DNA of 64,000 nt from Eledone cirrhosa (taxonomy: Eukaryota): positions 24,242,001 to 24,306,000 of the forward strand of contig OZ024753.1 of NCBI GenBank assembly GCA_964016885.1, written 5' to 3'. A program made the position numbers and the translations under genes. How positions within the stretch are numbered: the stretch's first letter is position 1; every line of letters begins with the position of its first letter. A model generated the notes under the pieces. It made no database searches. It saw nothing but the letters and a program-made list of their open reading frames with translations, and had not been told where the DNA came from. This document shows positions 28,701 through 44,300 of this stretch, in pieces.

Positions 28701-31700
28701 GTAACAGACAGAGGACTAACACTGTATGTAACAGACAGAGGGTTAACACTGTATGTAACAGACAGAAGACTAACACTGTATGTAACAGACAGAGGACTAA
28801 CACTGTATGTAATAGACAGAGGACTAACATTGTATGTAACAGACAGATGGTTAACACTGTATGCAATAGACAAAGGATTAACACTGTTTGTAACAGACAG
28901 AGGAGTAACACTGTATTTAACAGACAGAGGATAAACACTCTATGTAACAGACAGAGGACTAACATTGTATGCAACATACAGAGGACTAACATTGTATGCA
29001 ACAGACAGAGGACTAGCACTGTATGTAACAGACAGAGGACTAACACTGTATGTAACAGACAGAGGACTAACACTGTATGTAACAGACAGAGAACTAACAG
29101 TTTATGTAACAGACAGAGGACTAACACTGTATGTAACAGACAGAGAACTAACACTGTATGTAACAGACAGAGGACTAAAACTGTATGTAATAGACAGAGG
29201 ACTAAAATTGTATGCAACAGACAAAGGATTAACAATGTATGTAACAGACAGAGGAGTAACACTGTATGTAACAGACAGAGGATAAACACTGTATGTAACA
29301 GACAGAGGACAAACATTGTATGCAACAGACAGAGGACTAACAATGTATGCAACAGACAGAGGACTAACACTGTATGTAACAGACAGAGGACTAACACTGT
29401 ATGTAACAGACAGAGGACTAACACTGTATGTAACAGACAGAGGAATAACACTGTATGTAACAGACAGAGGACTAATACTGTATGTAACAGACAGAGGACT
29501 AACACTGTATGTAACAGATAGAGGACTAACACTGTATGTAACAGACAGATGGTTAACACTGTATGCAACAGACAAAGGATTAACACTGTATGTAACAGAC
29601 AGAGGAGTAACCTGTGTATGTAACAGCCAGAGGACTAACACTGTATGCAACAGACAGAGGACAAACATTGTATGCAACAGACAGAGGACTAACACTGTAT
29701 GCAACAGACAGAGGACTAACACTGTATGTAACAGACAGAGGACTAACACTGTATGTAATAGACAGAGGAGTAACATTGTATGTAACAGACAGAGGATAAA
29801 CACTGTATGTAAAATACAGAGGACTAACACTGTATGTAACAGACAGTGGACTAAAACTGTATGCAACGGACAGAGGACTAATACTGTATGTAACAGACAG
29901 AGGACTAACACTGTATGTAACAGACAGAGGACTAACACTGTATGTAGCAGACAGAGGACTAACACTGTATGTAACAGACAGAGGACTAACACTGTATATA
30001 ACAGACAGAAGGCTAACACTGTATGTAACAGACAGAGGACTAACACTGTATGTAACAGACAGAGGACTAACACTGTATGTAACACACAGAGGACTAACAC
30101 TGTATGTAACAGACATAGGGTTAACACTGTATGTCATAGACACAGGACTAACACTGTATGTAACAGACAGAGGACTAACACTGTATGTAACAGACAGAGG
30201 AATAATACTGTATGTAACAAACAGAGGACTAACACTGTATGTAACAGACAGAGGACTAGCACTGTATTTAATAGACAGAGGACTAACACTGTATGTAACA
30301 GACAGAGGACTAACACTGTATGTAACAGACAGAGGACTAACATTGTATGTAACAGACAGAGGACTAACACTCTATGCAACAGACAGAGGACTAACAGTGT
30401 ATGTAACAGACAGAGGACTTACACTGTATATAACAGACAGAAGTCTAACACTGTATGTAACAGACAAAGGACTAACACTGTATGCAACAGACAGAGGACT
30501 AACACTGTATGTAGCAGACAGAGGACTAACAGTGTATGTAACAGACAGAGGACTAATACTGTATGTAACAGACAGAGGACTAACACTGTATGTAACAGAC
30601 AGAGGACTAACACTGTATGTAACACACAGAGGACTAACACTGTATGTAACAGACATAGGGTTAACACTGTATGTCATAGACACAGGACTAACACGGTATG
30701 TAACAGACAGAGGACTAACACTGTATGTAACAGACAGAGGAATAACACTGTATGTAACAAACAGAGGACTAACACTGTATGTAACAGACAGAGGACTAAC
30801 ACTGTATTTAATAGACAGAGGACTAACACTGTATGTAACAGACAGAGGACTAACACTGTATGTAACAGACAGAGGACTAACACTGTATGTAACAGGCAGA
30901 GAACTAACACTGGATGTAACAGACAGAGGACTAACACTGTATGTAACAGACAGAGGACTAACACTGTATGTAACAGACAGATGACTAACAATGTATGTAA
31001 CAGACATAGGACTAACACTGTATGTAACAGATAGAGGACTAACACTGTATGTAACAGACAGCAGACAAACACTATATGTAACACACAGAGGACAAACACC
31101 GTGTGTAACAGACAGAGGAATAACACTGTATGTAACAGACAGAGGACTAACACTGTATGTAACAGACAGAGGACTAACACTGTATGTAACAGACAGAGGA
31201 CTAACACTGGATGTAACAGACAGAGGACTAACACTGTATGTAACAGGCGGGGGACTAACACTGTATGTAACAGATAGAGGACTAACACTGTATGTAACAG
31301 ACAGCAGACTAACACTGTATGTAACAGACAGAGGACAAACACCATATGTAACAGACAGAGGACTAACACTGTATGTAACAGGCAGAGAACGAACACTGTA
31401 TGTAACAAAAAGAGGACTAACACTGTATGTAACAGACAGAGGACTAACACTGTATGTAACAGACAGAGGACTAACACTTTATGTAACAAACAGAGGACTA
31501 ACACTGTATGTAACAGACAGAGGACTAACACTGTATATAACAGACAGAGGACTAACACTGTATGTAACAGACAGAGGACTAACACTTTATGTAACAGACA
31601 GAGGACTAACACTGTATGTAACAGACAGAGGACTAACACTGTATGTAACAGACAGAGGACTAAAACTGTATGTAATAGACAGAGGACTAACACCGTATGC

Positions 31701-34700
31701 AACAGACAAAGGATTAACAATGTATGTAACAGACAGAGGAGTAACAATGTATGTAACAGACAGAGAATAAACACTGTATGTAACAGACAGAGGACTAACA
31801 CTGTATGTAACAGACAGAGGACTAACACTGTATGCAACAGACAGAGGACTAACACTGTATGTAACAGACAGAGGACTAACACTGTATGTAACAGACAGAG
31901 GACTAACACTGTATGTAACAGACAGAGGATTAACACTGCATGTAACATACAGAGAACTAACACTGTATGTAACAGACAGAGGACTAACACTGTATGTAAC
32001 AGACAGAGGACTAACACTGTATGTAACAGACAGAGGACTAATACTGTATGTAACAGACAGAGGACTAACACTGTATGTAACAGACAGAGGACTAACACTG
32101 TATGTAACAGACAGAGGACTAACACTGTATGTAATAGACAGAAGGCTAACACTGTATGTAACAGACAGAGGACTAACACTATATGTAACAGACAGCGGAC
32201 TAACACTGTATATAACAGACAGAGGACTAACACTGTATGTAACAGACAGAGGACTAACACTGTATGTAACAGACAGAGGGTTAACACTGTATGTAACAGA
32301 CAGAGGACTAACAATGTATGTAACAGATAGAGGACTAACACTGTATGTAATAGACAGATGGTTAACACTGTATGCAACAGACAAAGGATTAACACTGTAT
32401 GTAACAGACAGAGGAGTAACACTGTATGTAACAGACAGAGGATAAACACTCTATGTAACAGACAGAGGACTAACATTGTATGCAACAGACAGAGGACTAA
32501 CACTGTATGCAACAGACAGAGGACTAACACTGTATGTAGCAGACAGAGGACTAACATTGTATGTAACAGACAGAGGACTAACACTGTATGTAACAGACAG
32601 AGTACTAACACTGTATGTATTAGACAGAGGAGTAACATTGTTTGTAACAGACAGAGGATAAACACTGTATGTAAAATACAGAGGACTAACACTGTATGTA
32701 ACAGACAGTGGACTAAAACTGTATGCAACAGACAGAGGACTAATACTGTATGTAACAGACAGAGGACTAACACTATATGTAACAGACAGAGGACTAACAC
32801 TGTATGTAGCAGACAGAGGACGAACACTGTATGTAACAGACAGAGGACTAACACTGTATATAACAGACAGAAGGCTAACACTGTATGTAACAGACAGAAG
32901 ACTAACACTGTATGTAACAGACAGAGGACTAACACTGTATGTAATAGACAGAGGACTAACACTGTATGTAACAGACAGATGGTTAACACTGTATGCAATA
33001 GACAAAGGATTAACACTGTTTGTAACAGACAGAGGAGTAACACTGTATGTAACAGACAGAGGATAAACACTCTATGTAACAGACAGAGGACTAACATTGT
33101 ATGCAACAGACAGAGGACTAACATTGTATGCAACAGACAGAGGACTAGCACTGTATGTAACAGGGAGAGGACTAACACTGTATGTAACAGACAGAGGACT
33201 AACACTGTATGTAACAGACAGAGGACTAACACTTTATGTAACAAACAGAGGACTAACACTGTATGTAACAGACAGAGGACTAACACTGTATATAACAGAC
33301 AGAGGAGTAACACTGTATGTAACAGACAGAGGACTAACACTTTATGTAACAGACAGAGGACTAACACTGTATGTAACAGACAGAGGACTAACACTGTATG
33401 TAACAGATAGAGGACTAAAACTGTATGTAATAGACAGAGGACTAACACCGTATGCAACAGACAAAGGATTAACAATGTATGTAACAGACAGAGGAGTAAC
33501 AATGTATGTAACAGACAGAGAATAAACACTGTATGTAACAGACAGAGGACTAACACTGTATGTAACAGACAGAGGACTAACACTGTATGCAACAGACAGA
33601 GGACTAACACTGTATGTAACAGACAGAGGACTAACACTGTATGTAACAGACAGAGGACTAACACTGTATGTAACAGACAGAGGATTAACACTGCATGTAA
33701 CATACAGAGAACTAACACTGTATGTAACAGACAGAGGACTAACACTGTATGTAACAGACAGAGGACTAACACTGTATGTAACAGACAGAGGACTAATACT
33801 GTATGTAACAGACAGAGGACTAACACTGTATGTAACAGACAGAGGACTAACACTGTATGTAACAGACAGAGGACTAACACTGTATGTAATAGACAGAAGG
33901 CTAACACTGTATGTAACAGACAGAGGACTAACACTATATGTAACAGACAGCGGACTGACACTGTATATAACAGACAGAGGACTAACACTGTATGTAACAG
34001 ACAGAGGACTAACACTGTATGTAACAGACAGAGGGTTAACACTGTATGTAACAGACAGAGGACTAACAATGTATGCAACAGACAGAGGATTAACACTGTA
34101 TGTAACAGACAGAGGACTAACACTGTATGTAACAGACAGAGGACAAACATTGTATGCAACAGACAGAGGACTAACAATGTATGCAACAGACAGAGGACTA
34201 ACACTGTATGTAACAGACAGAGGACTAACACTGTATGTAACAGACAGAGGACTAACACTGTATGTAACAGACAGAGGACTAACACTGTATGTAATAGACA
34301 GAAGGCTAACACTGTATGTAACAGACAGAGGACTAACAATGTATGTAACAGACAGAGGACTAACACTGTATGTAACAGACAGAGGACTAACACTGTATGT
34401 AACAGACAGAGGATTAACACTGTATGTAACAGACAGAGGGTTAACACTGTATGTAACAGACAGAAGACTAACACTGTATGTAACAGACAGAGGACTAACA
34501 CTTTATGTAACAGACAGAGGACTAACACTGTATGTAATAGACAGAGGACTAACACTGTATGTAACAGACAGATGGTTAACACTGTATGCTATAGACAAAG
34601 GATTAACACTGTTTGTAACACAGAGGAGTAACAATGTATGTAACAGACAGAGGATAAACACTCTATGTAACAGACAGAGGACTAACATTGTATGCAACAG

Positions 34701-37700
34701 ACAGAGGACTAACATTGTATGCAACAGACAGAGGTCTAGCACTGTATGTAACAGACAGAGGACTAACACTGTATGTAACAGACAGAGGACTAACACTGTA
34801 TGTAACAGACAGAGGACTAACACTTTATGTAACAGACAGAGGACTAACACTGTATGTAACAGACAGAGGACTAACACTGTATGTAACAGACAGAGGACTA
34901 AAACTGTATGTAATAGACAGAGGACTAACACTGTATGAAACATGCAAAGGATTAACAATGTATATAACAGACAGAGGAGTAACACTGTATGTAACGGACA
35001 GAGGATAAACACTGTATGTAACAGACAGAGGACAAACATTGTATGCAACAGACAGAGGACTAACACTGTATGCAACAGACAGAGGACTAACACTGTATGT
35101 AACAGACAGAGCACTAACACTGTATGTAACAGACAGAGGATTAACACTGCATGTAACATACAGAGGACTAACACTGTATGTAACAGACAGAGGACTAACA
35201 CTGTATGTAACAGACAGAGGACTAACACTGTATGTAACAGACAGAGGACTAATAATGTATGTAACAGACAGAGGACTAACACTGTATGTAACAGATAGAG
35301 GACTAACACTGTATGTAATAGACAGATGGTTAACACTGTATGCAACAGACAAAGGATTAACACTGTATGTAACAGACAGAGGAGTAACACTGTATGTAAC
35401 AGACAGAGGATAAACACTCTATGTAACAGACAGAGGACTAACATTGTATGCAACAGACAGAGGACTAACACTGTATGCAACAGACAGAGGACTAACACTG
35501 TATGTAGCAGACAGAGGACTAACATTGTATGTAACAGACAGAGGACTAACACTGTATGTAACAGACAGAGTACTAACACTGTATGTATTAGACAGAGGAG
35601 TAACATTGTTTGTAACAGACAGAGGATAAACACTGTATGTAAAATACAGAGGACTAACACTGTATGTAACAGACAGTGGACTAAAACTGTATGCAACAGA
35701 CAGAGGACTAATACTGTATGTAACAGACAGAGGACTAACACTATATGTAACAGACAGAGGACTAACACTGTATGTAGCAGACAGAGGACGAACACTGTAT
35801 GTAACAGACAGAGGACTAACACTGTATATAACAGACAGAAGGCTAACACTGTATGTAACAGACAGAGGACTAACACTGTATGTAACAGACAGAGGACTAA
35901 CACTGTATGTAACAGACAGAGGACTAACACTGTATGTAATAGACAGAGGACTAACACTGTATGTAACAGACAGATGGTTAACACTGTATGCAACAGACAA
36001 AGGAGTAACACTGTATGTAACAGACAGAGGATAAACACTCTATGTAACAGACAGAGGACTAACATTGTATGCAACAGACAGAGGACTAACATTGTATGCA
36101 ACAGACAGAGGACTAGCACTGTATGTAACAGGCAGAGGACTAACACTGTATGTAACAGACAGAGGACTAACACTGTATGTAACAGACAGAGGACTAACAC
36201 TTTATGTAACAAACAGAGGACTAACACTGTATGTAACAGACAGAGGACTAACACTGTATATAACAGACAGAGGACTAACACTGTATGTAACAGACAGAGG
36301 ACTAACACTTTATGTAACAGACAGAGGACTAACACTGTATGTAACAGACAGAGGACTAACACTGTATGTAACAGACAGAGGACTAAAACTGTATGTAATA
36401 GACAGAGGACTAACACCGTATGCAACAGACAAAGGATTAACAATGTATGTAACAGACAGAGGAGTAACAATGTATGTAACAGACAGAGAATAAACACTGT
36501 ATGTAACAGACAGAGGACTAACACTGTAAGTAACAGACAGAGGACTAACACTGTATGCAACAGACAGAGGACTAACATTGTATGTAACAGACAGAGGACT
36601 AACACTGTATGTAACAGACAGAGGACTAACACTGTATGTAACAGACAGAGGATTAACACTGCATGTAACATACAGAGAACTAACACTGTATGTAACAGAC
36701 AGAGGACTAACACTGTATGTAACAGACAGAGGACTAACACTGTATGTAACAGACAGAGGACTAATACTGTATGTAACAGACAGATGACTAACACTGTATG
36801 TAACAGACAGAGGACTAACACTGTATGTAACAGACAGAGGACTAACACTGTATGTAATAGACAGAAGGCTAACACTGTATGTAACAGACAGAGGACTAAC
36901 ACTATATGTAACAGACAGCGGACTAACACTGTATATAACAGACAGAGGACTAACACTGTATGTAACAGACAGAGGACTAACACTGTATGTAACAGACAGA
37001 GGGTTAACACTGTATGTAACAGACAGAGGACTAACAATGTATGCAACAGACAGAGGATTAACACTGTATGTAACAGACAGAGGACTAACACTGTATGTAA
37101 CAGACAGAGGACAAACATTGTATGCAACAGACAGAGGACTAACAATGTATGCAACAGACAGAGGACTAACACTGTATGTAACAGACAGAGGACTAACACT
37201 GTATGTAACAGACAGAGGACTAACACTGTATGTAACAGACAGAGGACTAACACTGTATGTAATAGACAGAAGGCTAACACTGTATGTAACAGACAGAGGA
37301 CTAACAATGTATGTAACAGACAGAGGACTAACACTGTATGTAACAGACAGAGGACTAACACTGTATGTAACAGACAGAGGATTAACATTGTATGTAACAG
37401 ACAGAGGACTAACACTGTATGTAACAGACAGAGGACTAATACTGTATGTAACAGACAGAGGACAAACATTGTATGCAACAGACAGAGGACTAACAATGTA
37501 TGCAACAGACAGAGGACTAACACTGTATGTAACAGACAGAGGACTAACACTCTATGTAACAGACAGAGGACTAACATTGTATGTAACAGACAGAGGACTA
37601 ACACTGTATATAATAGACACAAGGCTAACACTGTATGTAACAGACAGAGGACTAACACAGTATGTAACAGACAGAGGACTAACACTGTATGTAACAGACA

Positions 37701-40150
37701 GAGGACTAACACTGTATGTAACAGACAGAGGACTAACACTGTATGTAACAGACAGAGGGTTAACACTGTATGTAACAGACAGAAGACTAACACTGTATGT
37801 AACAGACAGAGGACTAACACTGTATGTAATAGACAGAGGACTAACATTGTATGTAACAGACAGATGGTTAACACTGTATGCAATAGACAAAGGATTAACA
37901 CTGTTTGTAACAGACAGAGGAGTAACACTGTATTTAACAGACAGAGGATAAACACTCTATGTAACAGACAGAGGACTAACATTGTATGCAACATACAGAG
38001 GACTAACATTGTATGCAACAGACAGAGGACTAGCACTGTATGTAACAGACAGAGGACTAACACTGTATGTAACAGACAGAGGACTAACACTGTATGTAAC
38101 AGACAGAGAACTAACAGTTTATGTAACAGACAGAGGACTAACACTGTATGTAACAGACAGAGAACTAACACTGTATGTAACTGACAGAGGACTAAAACTG
38201 TATGTAATAGACAGAGGACTAACATTGTATGCAACAGACAAAGGATTAACACTGTATGTAACAGACAGAGGAGTAACCTGTGTATGTAACAGCCAGAGGA
38301 CTAACACTGTATGCAACAGACAGAGGACAAACATTGTATGCAACAGACAGAGGACTAACACTGTATGCAACAGACAGAGGACTAACACTGTATGTAACAG
38401 ACAGAGGACTAACACTGTATGTAATAGACAGAGGAGTAACATTGTATGTAACAGACAGAGGATAAACACTGTATGTAAAATACAGAGGACTAACACTGTA
38501 TGTAACAGACAGTGGACTAAAACTGTATGCAACAGACAGAGGACTAATACTGTATGTAACAGACAGAGGACTAACACTGTATGTAACAGACAGAGGACTA
38601 ACACTGTATGTAGCAGACAGAGGACTAACACTGTATGTAACAGACAGAGGACTAACACTGTATATAACAGACAGAAGGCTAACACTGTATGTAACAGACA
38701 GAGGACTAACACTGTATGTAACAGACAGAGGACTAACACTGTATGTAACACACAGAGGACTAACACTGTATGTAACAGACATAGGGTTAACACTGTATGT
38801 CATAGACACAGGACTAACACTGTATGTAACAGACAGAGGACTAACACTGTATGTAACAGACAGAGGAATAACACTGTATGTAACAAACAGAGGACTAACA
38901 CTGTATGTAACAGACAGAGGACTAGCACTGTATTTAATAGACAGAGGACTAACACTGTATGTAACAGACAGAGGACTAACACTGTATGTAACAGACAGAG
39001 GACTAACATTGTATGTAACAGACAGAGGACTAACACTCTATGCAACAGACAGAGGACTAACAGTGTATGTAACAGACAGAGGACTTACACTGTATATAAC
39101 AGACAGAAGGCTAACACTGTATGTAACAGACAAAGGACTAACACTGTATGCAACAGACAGAGGACTAACACTGTATGTAGCAGACAGAGCACTAACAGTG
39201 TATGTAACAGACAGAGGACTAATACTGTATGTAACAGACAGAGGACTAACACTGTATGTAACACACAGAGGACTAACACTGTATGTAACAGACATAGGGT
39301 TAACACTGTATGTCATAGACACAGGACTAACACTGTATGTAACAGACAGAGGACTAACACTGTATGTAACAGACAGAGGAATAACACTGTATGTAACAAA
39401 CAGAGGACTAACACTGTATGTAACAGACAGAGGACTAACACTGTATTTAATAGACAGAGGACTAACACTGTATGTAACAGACAGAGGACTAACACTGTAT
39501 GTAACAGACAGAGGACTAACACTGTATGTAACAGGCAGAGAACTAACACTGGATGTAACAGACAGAGGACTAACACTGTATGTAACAGACAGAGGACTAA
39601 CACTGTATGTAACAGACAGATGACTAACAATGTATGTAACAGACATAGGACTAACACTGTATGTAACAGATAGAGGACTAACACTGTATGTAACAGACAG
39701 CAGACAAACACTATATGTAACACACAGAGGACAAACACCGTGTGTAACAGACAGAGGAATAACACTGTATGTAACAGACAGAGGACTAACACTGTATGTA
39801 ACAGACAGAGGACTAACACTGTATGTAACAGACAGAGGACTAACACTGGATGTAACAGACAGAGGACTAACACTGTATGTAACAGATAGAGGACTAACAC
39901 TGTATGTAACAGGCGGGGGACTAACACTGTATGTAACAGATAGAGGACTAACACTGTATGTAACAGACAGCAGACTAACACTGTATGTAACAGACAGAGG
40001 ACAAACACCATATGTAACAGACAGAGGACTAACACTGTATGTAACAGGCAGAGAACGAACACTGTATGTAACAAAAAGAGGACTAACACTGTATGTAACA
40101 GACAGAGGACTAACACTGTATGTAACAGACAGAGGACTAACACTGTATGT
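22750..40150. repeat. Higher-order tandem duplication, ~8.7-kb unit (22.75-31.44 kb and 31.44-40.15 kb)
   Basis: Matched ORFs and markers at offsets 8695 (22892/31587), 8801 (26525/35326), 9017 (28020/37037), 8666 (+1 insertion CCTGTG at 29611/38277) and 8639 (30991/39630). Confidence 0.85.
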
Positions 40151-41399
40151 AACAGACAGCAGACTAACACTGTATGTAACAGTCAGAGGATTAACATTGT
40201 ATGTAACAGACAGAGGACTAACACTGTATGTAACAGACAGAGGACTAACACTGTATGTAGCAGACAGAGGACTAACACTGTATGTAACAGAAAGAGGGCT
40301 AACACTGTATATAACAGACAGAAGGCTAACACTGTATGTAACAGACAGAGGACTAACACTGTATGTAAAAGACAGAGGACTAACACTGTATGTAACAGAC
40401 AGAGGACTAACACTGTATGTAACAGTCAGAGGATTAACATTGTATGTAACAGGCAGAGGACTAACACTGTATGTAACAGACAGAGGACTAACACTGTATG
40501 TAACAGACAGAGGACTAACACTGTATGTAACAGACAGAGGACTGACACTGTATGTAACAGACAGAGGACTAACACTGTATGTAACAGACAGAGGACTGAC
40601 ACTGTATGTAACAGACAGAGGACTAACACTGTATGTAACAGACAGAGGACTAACACTGTATGTAACAGACAGAGGACTAACACTGTATGTAACAGACATA
40701 GGGTTAACACTGTATGTCATAGACACAGGACTAACACTGTATGTAACAGACAGAGGAATAACACTGTATGTAACAGACAGAGGAATAACACTGTATGTAA
40801 CAAACAGAGGACTAACACTGTATGTAACAGACAGAGGACTAACACTGTATTTAATAGACAGAGGACTAACACTGTATGTAACAGACAGATGGTTAACACT
40901 GTATGCAACAGACAAAGGATTCACACTGTATGTAACAGACAGAGGATAAACACTGTATGTTTCAGACAGAGGACTAACACTGTAGGAAACAGACAGAGGA
41001 CTAACACTGTATGTAACAGACAGAGGACTAACATTGTATGTAACAGACAAAGGAGTAACACTGTATGTAACAGACAGAGGACTAACACTGTATGTAACAG
41101 ACAGTGGACTAAAACTGTATGCAACAGACAGAGGACTAATACTGTATGTAACAGACAGAGGACTAACACTGTATGTAACAGACAGAGGACTAACGCTGTA
41201 TGTAGCAGACAGAGGACTAACACTGTATGTAACAGACAGAGGACTAACACTGTATATAACAGACAGAAGGCTAACACTGTATGTAACAGACAGAGGACTA
41301 ACACTGTATGTAACAGACAGAGGACTAATACTGTATGTAACAGACAGAGGACTAACACTGTATGTAACAGACAGAGGACTAACACTGTATGTAACACGC

Positions 41400-44300
41400 A
41401 GAGGACTAACACTGTATGTAACAGACATAGGGTTAACACTGTATGTCATAGACACAGGACTAACACTGTATGTAACAGACAGAGGACTAACACTGTATGT
41501 AACAGACAGAGGAATAACACTATATGTAACAAACAGAGGACTAACACTGTATGTAACAGACAGAGGACTAACACTGTATTTAATAGACAGAGGACTAACA
41601 CTGTATGTAACAGACAGAGGACTAACACTGTATGTAACAGACAGAGGACTAACATTGTATGTAACAGACAGAGGACTAACACTCTATGCAACAGACAGAG
41701 GACTAACAGTGTATGTAACAGACAGAGGACTTACACTGTATATAACAGACAGAAGGCTAACACTGTATGTAACAGACAAAGGACTAACACTGTATGCAAC
41801 AGACAGAGGACTAACACTGTATGTAACAGACAGATGACTAACAATGTATGTAACAGACATAGGACTAACACTGTATGTAACAGATAGAGGACTAACACTG
41901 TATGTAACAGACAGCAGACTAACACTATATGTAACAGACAGAGGACAAACACCGTGTGTAACAGACAGAGGAATAACACTGTATGTAGCAGACAGAGGAC
42001 TAACAGTGTATGTAACAGACAGAGGACTAATACTGTATGTAACAGACAGAGGACTAACACTGTATGTAACAGACAGAGGACTAACACAGTATGTAACACA
42101 CAGAGGACTAACACTGTATGTAACAGACATAGGGTTAACACTGTATGTCATAGACACAGGACTAACACTGTATGTAACAGAGGACTAACACTGTATGTAA
42201 CAGACAGAGGAATAACACTGTATGTAACAAACAGAGGACTAACACTGTATGTAACAGACAGAGGACTAACACTGTATTTAATAGACAGAGGACTAACACT
42301 GTATGTAACAGACAGAGGACTAACACTGTATGTAACAGACAGAGGACTAACACTGTATGTAACAGGCAGAGAACTAACACTGGATGTAACAGACAGAGGA
42401 CTAACACTGTATGTAACAGACAGAGGACTAACACTGTATGTAACAGACAGATGACTAACAATGTATGTAACAGACATAGGACTAACACTGTATGTAACAG
42501 ATAGAGGACTAACACTGTATGTAACAGACAGCAGACTAACACTATATGTAACAGACAGAGGACAAACACCGTGTGTAACAGACAGAGGAATAACACTGTA
42601 TGTAACAGACAGAGGACTAACACTGTATGTAACAGACAGAGGACTAACACTGTATGTAACAGACAGAGGACTAACACTGGATGTAACAGACAGAGGACTA
42701 ACACTGTATGTAACAGATAGAGGACTAACACTGTATGTAACAGGCGGGGGACTAACACTGTATGTAACAGATAGAGGACTAACACTGTATGTAACAGACA
42801 GCAGACTAACACTGTATGTAACAGACAGAGGACAAACACCATATGTAACAGACAGAGGACTAACACTGTATGTAACAGGCAGAGAACGAACACTGTATGT
42901 AACAGAAAGAGGACTAACACTGTATGTAACAGACAGAGGACTAACACTGTATGTAACAGACAGAGGACTAACACTGTATGTAACAGACAGCAGACTAACA
43001 CTATATGGAACAGACAGAGGACAAACACCGCATGTAACAGACAGAGGACTAACATTGTATGTAACAGACAGAGGACTAACACTGTATGTAACAGAGAGGG
43101 GACTAGCACTGTATGTAACAGACAGAGGACTAACACTGTATGTAGCAGACAGAGGACTAACACTGTATGTAACAGACAGAGGGCTAACACTGTATATAAC
43201 AGACAGAAGGCTAACACTGTATGTAACAGACAGAGGACTAACACTGTATGTAACAGACAGAGGACTAACACTGTATGTAACAGACAGAGGACTAACACCG
43301 TATGTAACAGTTAGAGGATTAACATTGTATGTAACAGGCAGAGGACTAACACTGTATGTAACAGACAGAGGACTAACACTGTATGTAACAGACAGAGGAC
43401 TAACACTGTATGTAACAGACAGAGGACTAACACTGTATGTAACAGACAGAGGACTAACACTGTATGTAACAGACAGAGGACTAACACTGTATGTAACAGA
43501 CATAGGGTTAACACTGTATGTCATAGACACAGGACTAACACTGTATGTAACAGACAGAGGAATAACACTGTATGTAACAGACAGAGGAATAACACTGTAT
43601 GTAACAAACAGAGGACTAACACTGTATGTAACAGACAGAGGACTAACACTGTATTTAATAGACAGAGGACTAACACTGTATGTAACAGACAGATGGTTAA
43701 CACTGTATGCAACAGACAAAGGATTCACACTGTATGTAACAGACAGAGGATAAACACTGTATGTTTCAGACAGAGGACTAACACTGTAGGAAACAGACAG
43801 AGGACTAACACTGTATGTAACAGAGAGAGGACTAACATTGTATGTAACAGACAAAGGAGTAACACTGTATGTAACAGACAGAGGACTAACACTGTATGTA
43901 ACAGACAGAGGACTAACACTGTATGTAACAGACAGAGGATTAACACTGTATGTAACAGACAGAGGGTTAACACTGTATGTAACAGACAGAAGACTAACAC
44001 TGTATGTAACAGACAGAGGACTAACACTTTATGTAACAGACAGAGGACTAACACTGTATGTAATAGACAGAGGACTAACACTGTATGTAACAGACAGATG
44101 GTTAACACTGTATGCTATAGACAAAGGATTAACACTGTTTGTAACAGACAGAGGAGTAACAATGTATGTAACAGACAGAGGATAAACACTCTATGTAACA
44201 GACAGAGGACTAATATTGTATGCAACAGACAGAGGACTAACATTGTATGCAACAGACAGAGGTCTAGCACTGTATGTAACAGACAGAGGACTAACACTGT

